Positions 41,011-51,801 of a stretch of DNA of 64,000 bases are shown in pieces. A program made the translations under genes and the position numbers. The notes under the pieces were generated by a model, which made no database searches, was not told where the DNA came from, and was given only the letters and a program-made list of their open reading frames with translations. The stretch comes from Octopus sinensis (Eukaryota), in assembly GCF_006345805.1 (NCBI RefSeq), contig NC_042999.1:52576001-52640000 (forward strand), written 5' to 3'. How positions within the stretch are numbered: position 1 is the first letter of the stretch; the number at the start of each line of letters is the position of its first letter.

Positions 41011-41545
41011 TTCTCCGTATTTGTTTCTCTCTCCTTTTTCTCTCACTTTCCCACTCTCTTACTTTTCTTTTCTCTCGGACTCTCCCTCGCTTTCTCTTAC
41101 TCTCTATCTTTATCTATCTCTCTCCCATTTATAAACAACAGAAGATCTTGAGTAAGTTGAGAAATAAAATATTTAGAAAGATCAATCAGAAATATGAGGC
41201 AGTGGCAATGGAAAGGTCTGCTTCAAGGCAGACAGCAAAACGCTAACATTTAAAAGGGACAGACGAACTTGCGAGCTGAATAAAAATAATAAAATATTGG
41301 AAACCAAAGTTTGAAGGGATAGAATCTGAGGATAGTAGAGTCACCATGGCTGGCATTTCTTAACGACGGACAACAACGTATTGACAGTTTAACGACTGGC
41401 GTAAAATTTTGAACTTGATGAAAAAGAAAAAAAGAAAACTAGTTAAACACCAAGTTTTGAAGTGACTTTCTCACGAAAGACAGTAGACTCACCATGGCAA
41501 GCATTCAAAACTTCTTCATCATGGATGGCAACACATTGACGAGTG

Positions 41546-41600
<55 letters not shown>

Positions 41601-41884
41601 ACGCATTATATATACAAATGTATACAAATGAGATATATATCTGTATAAATTAAATTAGAGATAAAACCACTAATAGGCAAATGAAACAGTGAAAAACCAA
41701 AAACAAAAACATTAAAAAAATATATAATATATAAAATATATAAAATATAAAATTGAAAAAATTTAAATTATTTAAATTGAAAATAAAAATTATTAAGTTA
41801 TATTTATAATTTGTTTAAAAATATATATAACTATGAAAAAGTATGAAAAAGTTTAATATACATAAATAAAGATATATACACTTT

Positions 41885-42125
41885 GTATATATACATTATA
41901 TATACATATTTATATATAGAACACACACACACACATACATTATATATACATATTTATATAGAGAACACACACACACACATACATTATATATACATATTTA
42001 TATATAGAACACACACACACACACACACACATACATTATATATACATATTTATATATAGAACACACACACACACATACATTATATATACATATTTATATA
42101 TGGAACACACACACACACACACACA
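41885..42125. repeat. Minisatellite of about 48 bp, roughly 5 units
   Basis: Repeated TACATTATATATACATATTTATATATAGAACACACAC. Confidence 0.85.
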
Positions 42126-42584
42126 TATAAATGAACGCAAGAATAATATTCATAATATTTGTTCTCATGATTGTGTGTTGTTGGTAGCGATGATAATTCT
42201 CCCTATAAATGCAAACAGATACATCAAAGAAAGCCGCCTGACGAACTTATAAAGGGAAAGGGAAAGTGAAAGGGAGTTGAGTGGAATACATTAAATAACG
42301 GGAGTGGCATTGTCAAAGTTATTTATGAAGAGGAGTAAAAGAGGGAAAGGAGGAAATAGCGTGAGTGAGGAAGATGGCCCCTAGCAACCACACCTTTTAA
42401 GCTAGGGATTTCTAAGGTAGCCCACGAGCATCGTCACCTCATTCTACATGTCCCTGTAAATTTTGGAGCGAATCGGACGGGATGTAGTGGCATTGAAAGC
42501 TTACCAAGCGGTAAAAACGCATTTCAGTTTTATATATAGAGATATATATGTGTGTGTGTGTGTATGTGAGTGTGTGGGGTGTGT

Positions 42585-42853
42585 GCAATGGCCTAGTGGT
42601 TAGGGCAGCGGACTCGAAGTTGTAAGATCGCAGACTGGGTGTTGTGAGTGATTATTGAGCGAAAACACCTAAAAGCTCCACGAGGCTCAGGCAAGGGGTG
42701 GTGATGATCCCTGCTGTACTCTTTCACTACAACTTTCTCTCATTCTTTCTTCTCAGCGGCGTGGCGTCATTTGAAGGCTAAAGCAATGTGAAGCGCATTG
42801 TGACCAGCGATGTGTAGCAACATCTGATGGCCTTGTCCGTCACGGTGATCACT

Positions 42854-42855
<2 letters not shown>
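42585..42855 (+). mobile_element. tRNA-derived SINE family C
   Basis: Head GCAATGGCCTAGTGGTTAGGGCAGCGGACTC and body TTGAGCGAAAACACCTAAA. A reverse copy lies at 55220-55640. Confidence 0.75.
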
Positions 42856-42948
<93 letters not shown>

Positions 42949-43009
42949 GATATTATATATATATATATATATTATTATATATTATTTATATATATATATA
43001 TTTTATTAT

Positions 43010-43385
43010 ATTTACTTGTTCAGTCATTTGGCTGCGGTCATGCTGGAACACCGCCTTTAGTCAAGCAAATCGACCCCAGCAATTATTCTTTGTAAGCCTA
43101 GTACTTATTCTATCGGCTCGTTTTGCTGAACCGCTAAGCTAAATTGAGGTAAACACAGCATATTTCTTACTACCCACAAGGGGCTAAACACAGAGGGGAC
43201 AAACAAGGAGAGATAAACGGATTAAATCGATTACATCGACCCCAGTGCGTAACTTGTACTTAATTTATCGACCCCGAAAGGATGAAAGGTAATGTCGACC
43301 TTGGCGGAAGTTGAACTCACAACGTAACGGCAGACGAAATACGGCTACGCATTTCGCCAGACGTGCTAACATTTCTGCCAGCTCG
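43010..43385 (-). mobile_element. SINE A tail (43010-43145) and SINE B (43160-43385)
   Basis: Reverse complements of family A and B sequences. Confidence 0.8.
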
Positions 43386-43419
<34 letters not shown>

Positions 43420-43717
43420 TCTTTATATATAAAAGTGAAGTTGTGTGTCTGTCTCCTACGATTTAGATTCCTATTACTCCCACATGTTGCGGTGCAGTGT
43501 AACCAAAAGCGGGTATCTTATAGTCGTGATTCATATCGAGCCCTTCTGGGTATTAGCGCGCGTCTACGATGAGTCTAGGATTTAAAAAACAAATTTACCA
43601 TAATTTTTTCCCATTTTTAATGCATTTTTTGCTATTATATAAGGGAAGTAACTCTCTAAAAATGCTTATATAGTTATTTCCCTTACAAACCCGAGCAACG
43701 CCGGGCGATACTGCTAG
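43420..43717 (+). mobile_element. Non-autonomous Helitron of about 300 bp
   Basis: 5' A|TCTTTATATATAAAAG and 3' hairpin CCCGAGCAACGCCGGG followed by CTAG|T, inserted between A and T with no TSD. Confidence 0.85.
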
Positions 43718-43734
43718 TAGATATATATAGTAAA

Positions 43735-43900
43735 TCCCCAAAAAACGAAGAACAATCACAAAACAACATCAACGCGAGGACTGTAGTACATGTGAAGTAT
43801 AAGCAGACGCTCAAGGAAGGAAAAAAAGATGGTTTAACGTTTCGAGCAACGCTCTTCTTCAGAAGGAGAGGAAAGTCCAATAGAAAAGGAAGACGGAGGA
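43735..43900 (-). mobile_element. PLE-tail-like element with a minimal A10-type hammerhead core (43834-43862)
   Basis: Minus strand reads CTGAAGA-A-GAGC-GTT-GCTC-GAAA-CGTT-AA. Confidence 0.65.
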
Positions 43901-44297
43901 AAAAATCGCCAATAATTCCCATGATATATTTTGAAATGACCCGAAGGGAATGGGTGAAGAAAAGCTTCAGTCCAAGACAGGAGAGTGTTAGTGAATGAGG
44001 TATGTGTGTGTATGTATGGGTATGTTCGTGCGCTAAAGCCTCTGAGTGTATGTGTGTGTATGTGTGTGTGCACGTGGAGTTGTGTGAAGGTATATGTACA
44101 TGTGCGTGTAGCTGAATGTGCATATATGTGTGCGTGTGCATGTATGTATGTAGGCGTGTGTATGTGTGTGTGCGTAGTGCTGTGTGCGCTAGGTATGTGT
44201 GCATTCCCGTGCGTGTGTGCCCGTGCGTTTGTGTGTGCGTGTGTGTGTATGCATGTAGTGTTGTGTGTGTGTGTGGTATGAGTAGGAGGTATATGTG

Positions 44298-44500
44298 AAG
44301 GCGGCGAGCTGGCAGAAACGTTAGCGCGCCGGGCGAAATGCTTAGCGGTATTTCGTCTGCTGCTACGTTCTGAGTTCAAATTCCGCCGAGGTCGACTTTG
44401 CCTTTCATCCTTTCGGAGTCGATTAAATAAGTACCAGTTACGCACTGGGGTCGATGTCTGTCCCCTCTGTATTTAGCCCCTTGTGGGTAGTAAAGAAATA
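44298..44500 (+). mobile_element. tRNA-derived SINE family B
   Basis: GGCGGCGAGCTGGCAGAAACG...GAGTTCAAATTCC...TTAGCCCCTTGTGGGTAGTAAAGAAAT. Confidence 0.85.
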
Positions 44501-44574
44501 GGTATATGTGAGTATATGTGCATTCATGTTTGTGTGTGTGCGTGTATGTATGCGTGTGTGTGTATATATGCATT

Positions 44575-44805
44575 ATCAGTTGAAGAATTGACAATAAATC
44601 TTAGTTCAAACCATACAACTGCTCATCGTCATATTCAACAACTTGGAAAGGTTCCTAAACTTGGAAAATGGGTGCCTCATGAATTGTCCGAAAGCAACCG
44701 CATATCCCGAGTTGACATGTGCTCTTTTCTCCATTCTCGCGAACTCATTTCACCCTTTTTGCATAGACTTGTGACGTGTGACGAAAAATGGATCTTCTTC
44801 TTAAT
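44575..44805 (+). mobile_element. Mariner transposase fragment
   Basis: LGKVPKLGKWVPHELSE...LHRLVTCDEKWI. Confidence 0.85.
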
Positions 44806-45631
44806 CGAGATACACTGTGGCAGTGGGGTAGGTTTGGTAGTAATTCTAACAGTGATGATGGCGGCGTCGGCAGTTCGAATGATAACGCGAGTAGTAGTTT
44901 TAATGATGGTGGTGGTTGTGGTAGAAGTAGTAGTAGTAAATTAATACTGATGGTGATGATGGAGTTTTAATGGAGAAGGGTTTGTAAGGATAGTAGTGGT
45001 GGTGGTGATGCTGATGTTGTTTTATATAAACTTTTTGTCATTTCTTATGATTTACTTTATGTTTTTATTTTCTCTTTCAGCAAATACAACATTCAATGAA
45101 ATATGAGACTTTGAGTCCGTCGAATAAAGACAAGAATACTAGATATTTCAGCCCTTCAACAAGGACCATATTTAAATTATTAACATTCTAAAACACTCCA
45201 CATGTAACATATTTTACATACATCTTATTTACACATATACACACATACAAATAGTTTTCCTTGTATACATAGATGTATAATTGAGGATATTTACACATAC
45301 TAAATACAAATGTAGATATATATATATATCTCCAAATACATACAATCCAAATAACTTTTTGATCACGACAGAATAAAAAAAAGTATATACAAACACAAAT
45401 TTCAAATATAAATTGATACTGACGTATATCTATATACACGTATTTGTTTGCATATATAATTTCATATATATATACACACACATATATTATAGACGCACCA
45501 ACATACTTCACTACATTAACAGCATTCAAAAATACAAACATCTACACACATATCCAAATTCACAGCCACTCATATACACACATTTCATAGATAGATGAAT
45601 ATATAAGTATAATCTTAAGATATTTGTGAAA

Positions 45632-46388
45632 ATGTCTCGTTTAGGGGAAGGAATTAAGCATTTTAATGCTGAGGAATACAAAGAGGCATTGTCATGCTTT
45701 AACGACTCGCTGAAGGCACAGTGTAGCAAGGTAGAACAGAATGACATTCTTCAAAGACGAGCGCGTTGCCATTTATATCTTGGTAATGTCAGTCACGCAA
45801 TTGAAGATGCAAAGCAACTTATCGAAAACCAGCCAGATTCTACTGCTGGCCACATCTTACACGGCAAGGCACTAACAAAAGCAAAAAAGTTCGAAGATGC
45901 GCTTTCGGCCTACCGTAAAGGCTTAGACGTCGATCCTAACGATAAAGTGATCGCGCAGTGTCTAAAAGATATGCAGAATGCTATTGTAAAATCTTACGAG
46001 CAGAAAGCTAAAGATAAAGACATGAGTTACAACGCTGTTAATTTGTGTACACAAGAATCTTATCCCGGCGATGAAGAACTGGCAGAAAACGAAAGACAGA
46101 TTATTGAATTGAAAGGTTACAATAAACTACCATGTATATATAGTGGTATGCCTGATCCAGAACAGGCCCACAAATATCTGCAGTTGGCCAGGAAAGAAAT
46201 TAAAGCTGGGAATTTACAAAGTGCTCTTAAGTCGTATGATGTGTCACTGAGTAGAGATCCATTGAACTTTGATAGTTGGACAGAAAAGGCAATATTATTG
46301 CATCAACTGGAAAGGAATGGAGAAGCATATCAATGTGTGTCTGCGATACCATCAGAGTGTAGGAATTCGGACAACTGGAAACTCGGAG
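45632..46388 (+). CDS. First (or large internal) coding exon of a TPR-repeat protein; remaining exons not identified
   Basis: 252 uninterrupted non-repetitive codons from AAAATG, with TPR-like helices (FNAEEYKEALSCF, RRARCHLYLGNVSHAIEDA, HGKALTKAKKFEDALSAYRKGLDVDP, AGNLQSALKSYDVSLSRDP). Ends at a canonical donor G|GTAAGT (phase 1). Confidence 0.85.
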
Positions 46389-46452
46389 GTAAGTGTTGCT
46401 TTTAACTATACTCGTTCTACGTCAGTACACACATTCGCTCTCTCACACGCAA

Positions 46453-46486
<34 letters not shown>

Positions 46487-46517
46487 GCAAATACAAATAT
46501 ACATGTATGTATGTATG

Positions 46518-46559
<42 letters not shown>

Positions 46560-46760
46560 TACACCGAATATTGGTCCTTTTCCATACCGAAATACTACTA
46601 GGTGAAATTTGTTGATTTATTAAATTAATTATATTTCACCCTATATCTGTAATGACTATATATATATATATAGATAGATATATTTTATTTTATTTTATTT
46701 ATTTTTTATCTAGTTTCAGCTCACAAGCTGTGGCCATGCTGAGGCACCGCCATTTAAGTG

Positions 46761-46794
<34 letters not shown>

Positions 46795-47012
46795 TAAATT
46801 TAACTTTGATAACTTTGATAGGTTTTGGCCAGTATAGGCCCAAGCCATGTCTAAGTTAATAACATCGCCGCCCTTGGTGGCACCGCACACCTTAAAAATC
46901 GGGCTGCCCGGTGGAGGGTGATGATCCGCCGGAGACGGATGGATGCGCCCAACAGGTCGAGTGTCTCCGAGCACACACACACAAACACACACATACACAC
47001 ACACACACCACA

Positions 47013-47051
<39 letters not shown>

Positions 47052-47350
47052 AATATATAATCCTTCAGTAAAAATGTTCGTGTCGTTTGTCAAGCACTCG
47101 TATTTGATTCTAGAAAATGTAGAATTACTGCAGTTTACTGACAAAGAGAGCAGTCTAGGTACTTTTAAAACATAAATGTCGTCAGCACTCAGCGACTTTG
47201 CACCAAGAGTAAACACTCGTGCACTTATACTTTCAATCTTAACGACAGACCGATTGCCGATGACTTAATTTATTGTGCACCTTTTCTTTGTTAAGTTAAA
47301 TATACTATTTGATAGTTTAAGTATATATGTATACATACACACATGCATAT

Positions 47351-47403
<53 letters not shown>

Positions 47404-48297
47404 CGTATGTATATATATGTATACATATATATATATATCAATAAATAATATATATGTATGAATGTATCTTTCTATCTATATATATGTATATATATATGTA
47501 TGTGTGTGTGGTTGGTAAGCAAGCTACTTACCACATATATGGCTAAGTATATATATATATATACTTAGGCATATATGTGGTAAGTAGCTTGCTTACCAAC
47601 CACATGGTTCTGGGTTCAGTCTCACAGTGTGGCACACTTGCTTGACCAAAGACGGTACTCCAGCATGGCCGCGGTCAAATGACTGAAAGAAGTAATATAT
47701 ATATACATATATTTCGTTTTGGGATTTGGTTTGCAAGATTCGTTATGTGAGTTCGTGTGTTGAAGCATATTCTGTTGTGTCTGGGGAGAGTCATTTTATT
47801 TTTGTGCCTTATAATTTAACACACTCACCGGTAAAATTTCCACTTATTTTCTTCTTTATTTTTCTAAAATCTTCGTTGCGTCTTGCAACATTTTCAAACT
47901 ATTGAAAAGGTTGCAAGACGCAACGAAAATATATGTAGTAAATGAAAAAAAAAAAGGTCCAAAAAAAAAAAAAAAAACAATATGAGGACGTTGTATACGT
48001 GAATTATTAGCAGACGCTCAGGGAAGGAAAGAAATGCGGTTTTACGCTTGGAGCATTATTCAGTTTTATTTCAAAATGTATGTATGCATGTGTGAGTGAA
48101 TACATGTATACATGCACATATATATATATATGCGTTTGTGGTATATAAATGCATATATATATATATATAATATATATATATATATCTAATAATAATAATA
48201 AATATTAGGGAATAATTTAATATAATATATATATATATATATGCATATACATATGCATATATATATGTATATATATGTATGTGTATATATATGTGTG

Positions 48298-48348
<51 letters not shown>

Positions 48349-48760
48349 ATAATAATAAATATTAGGGAATAATTTAATATAATATATTATATATATGCAT
48401 ATACATAGCATATATATATGTATATATATGTATGTGTATATATATGTGTGTATGTATATATATATACATATATATAATTATACACACACACGCACAGACA
48501 TATAGACTTAAGCTCATAACTACAAAACCGAGTACCGGTAAATAGCCCGTGGACTGTCAAAGGTAGAACAGGTGCCAATGCAAATGCGAATGCACACATG
48601 CATATATGCGTGCGTTTTTGTCGACATCAATCAAAACTGCTATTGCTGTATCCCACTATGTTTCTTCACTTAGCGGTTCGATTGATAAAAGAATTTATTA
48701 GATGTCAGACCACTTTCTATGTCATTGATTGGAAAATGTGATCGTATAAACACCACACAC

Positions 48761-48841
<81 letters not shown>

Positions 48842-48927
48842 CCTACCTACCTACCTACCTACCTACCTACCTACCTACCTTCTTACCAACCTACCTACCT
48901 ACCTACCTACCTACCTACCTACCTACA

Positions 48928-48966
<39 letters not shown>

Positions 48967-49244
48967 TCATCTGTCTGTCTGTCTAGCTATCTATTCATAT
49001 ATATATATATAATATATATCCATCTCTCTCTGCCCCTATCTCTCTCTTTCCCTCTCTGTCTCCCTCTTTATCTCTCACTCTCTCTATATGTTTATATATG
49101 CATATTTATATACATACACACACTCACACACACACACATATATATACATATTTATATAGATACATATATATGTATATGTATACATATGTATATATATATG
49201 TATATATACATATATATACCTATATATGTATGTATATATATATA

Positions 49245-49294
<50 letters not shown>

Positions 49295-51029
49295 TATATA
49301 TATCTGTAAATATATGTGACAATTATTCGGTAGCTATGATAAAACTCCGAGTCACATATATTTACACATAAATTCCTTCTAGTTACATAATATTGAGGTG
49401 TTATTCATTCTTTTGTTGTCTTACCATTATATATATATATGTATGTTTATTTATTTATAAATGAACCTTGCAAAATTAGGTAAGCAGCTGTCCTGTTAAT
49501 TATATGCGTTTTGTTTTTTTTTATTATCAAGAAAATGTTACTCAATGTAACATCACATAAGTAGTTAGATACACCACGTGACAAGACGTCCTTTAGAACT
49601 ACGTAATATCTGAATAAAAATCTTCTTGAATATTCGTTTACTACAAAGCGAAAATAGTATATCTTGGCAAACTGAACGAAACAAAAGATGTAAGATATTC
49701 CTTTACACCTGACTGAGTTATTGCCAACTTCACGTAGCAGCATTAGAACTGATAACGAGCTGGAAACTTGAGTTAGTAGGTGAAGTATTAATGTTATTGT
49801 AAGTGGGTCTACAGTGCTGTTTACCTCTAGAATATTGTTGCGAAGGATGGTAAGAAGTGTGAGAGAGAGAATAGATTTCTTTAGGTGAAACTAGGTCTCA
49901 CATATGAAGCTGCTTATGTAGAACTAAGCCGAGATTCTGTTTGGCAAAAAGGTAAACTGATATTGCAGACGGTGTGGAAAGAAATGCGAATTGGAGCAGT
50001 AATGAGTTGAAAGAGAGAGGGTGGGGGGGGGGCAGAGAGAGAAAGAGAAAGAGAGAGAGAGGGAGAGCGTATGTGTAGAGTTTGGCGAAGAAGTAAAAGA
50101 ATAAAAAATATCACGTGGTGCCTGTAACTAAATTATATGCTACATTTAGGTAGAGCCTTGTTAAGCAGTTATAATCTTTCTTATTAAAAATGATGTCCTG
50201 CAAACTATCATCCCATCTCTTTGCTTCCCAAACACAAACGCGCGTTTGCTTTATTTATCTGTCTCTCTTCTTCTTTCCACCTTCCTTCCTTTCTTTCATT
50301 CTTTCCCATAGTATTTCTCCGTAAGAAATATAACGCCGCCGCATCTCACTAGAGATGCTATAAAGTAAATATATGTGATATATTTTGAAATAAAAAATAA
50401 TATTAAAATTAAAATATAAAAGAGAAATTGAAAGGGACAAATCTGGTGGCATTGAAATGCATTAAAATACAATCTTCATTTTTGAAATATATTTCTCTTT
50501 AGCTTTTATTTCTTTTAATTAATCAATGAGAGGGATGGAGAATAGCAGCCGAACATTTATTTCTGGCTTTCATGAGTGTTGGCAAAAAGGGAGAAGGAAC
50601 GGGGTGTGAATTCAGCAAAAGGAATTCACCTGGGCCAGGTGGGCTAGATGTGTCGCTGCTAAACTGGACATAAGATTAAAATTACCAATCAACAAACCAG
50701 AAATTTCCCTCAGTTTCTTAAATCCTTTTTTAAATGGTATTGCCTGATCCGAAGCATAAAATACTTCTCTCCCCCACCCCCGGGCTTAAACTGTCGTGCA
50801 TTGGGATAGGAACATGGAACGATAAATTTTGCGAAGGAAACTTCTTAACTAAACAGCCCCGTCTTCTTCATTGCGTTCGTTGTAATTTCAATGATGGGTG
50901 ACTTTTATCTTTCATCCAACCAGGCTGGGGGGAGGAAAATATGAGTTACATACCACACTATCTGCACTCTGGTGAATCCCCCTATTTCAGCACATTTCTC
51001 TCTGTCTCTGTCTCTGTCTCTCTCTCCCC

Positions 51030-51099
<70 letters not shown>

Positions 51100-51212
51100 C
51101 GTGTGTGTGTGTGTGTGTGCGTGCGTGTGTGTGTATATGTGTGCGTGTGTGTGTATATATATATATATATATGCATATATACATAAATATATGTCCATAC
51201 TTACATCTATAC

Positions 51213-51246
<34 letters not shown>

Positions 51247-51524
51247 ATAATAATATAGGGTGAAATCAATTAATTTGGAGTAATCATTAATTTCACCAAG
51301 TAGATTTCGGCATGTAAAAGCCCCATTCGAGGAAGGTTTAAGTAATACTAAGTAATTAAGGGTTTAGCAACGATTTGCCTCACCACACACCGAATTTAGA
51401 AATAGCAGTCAAAGAGTTATGGTTATTCTTTCTACTTAAAAGAGAGATCTCAATAAAACCACAGCACTTAAAAGGCAAACAACGCAGGTAAAAGAGAAAG
51501 AAATGACGACAATCATTCCATATT

Positions 51525-51625
51525 AAGTCACCTACGGACGTACGTTTCGAAATTAAGTCATAGGAAAGCATAAAAATTAAATAATTATGTCTTACCCGAC
51601 TACTTTTCTCCTCAGCGTAGGACTC
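51525..51625 (-). ncRNA. Type I hammerhead ribozyme with an intact core and GUC cleavage site
   Basis: Minus strand reads CCUACG-CUGAGGA-G(58 nt irregular hairpin)C-GAAA-C-GUAC-GUC|CGUAGG. Stem I is 6 perfect bp and predicted cleavage is between 51537 and 51536. Confidence 0.8.
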
Positions 51626-51683
51626 TACAATTATAGATAATTGTGTATTAAATTTGGAGGCACTAGAAGACATCACCTCAACT

Positions 51684-51697
51684 CATGGTATCAGAGC
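51684..51697 (+). other. LTR-end / primer-binding-site-like motif CA|TGGTATCAGAGC
   Basis: TGGTATCAGAGC at 51686-51697 directly follows CA, with ATTAAA about 35 nt upstream. Confidence 0.45.
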
Positions 51698-51801
51698 GAG
51701 CGTAAGCCGTGACCAGTACCACCAAATTCAAAGTGTGAATGACAGTACTGTCATTCACACTTTGAATTTGGTGGTACTGGTCACGGCTTACGCTCGCTCT
51801 G
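51692..51801. repeat. Perfect 110-bp palindrome with no loop
   Basis: Two 55-bp arms checked base by base, centred on GACAGT|ACTGTC. Confidence 0.97.

Noticed and set aside
42585-42660. tRNA-like sequence GCAATGGCCTAGTGGTTAGGGCAGCGGACTC
   Set aside because: It is a SINE head that continues into the SINE body, and no complete cloverleaf can be formed. The same applies to the other SINE heads.
49748-49775. CTGATAACGAGCTGGAAACTTGAGT hammerhead-like string
   Set aside because: The core is CUGAUAA rather than CUGANGA, and no stem I or convincing stem II forms.
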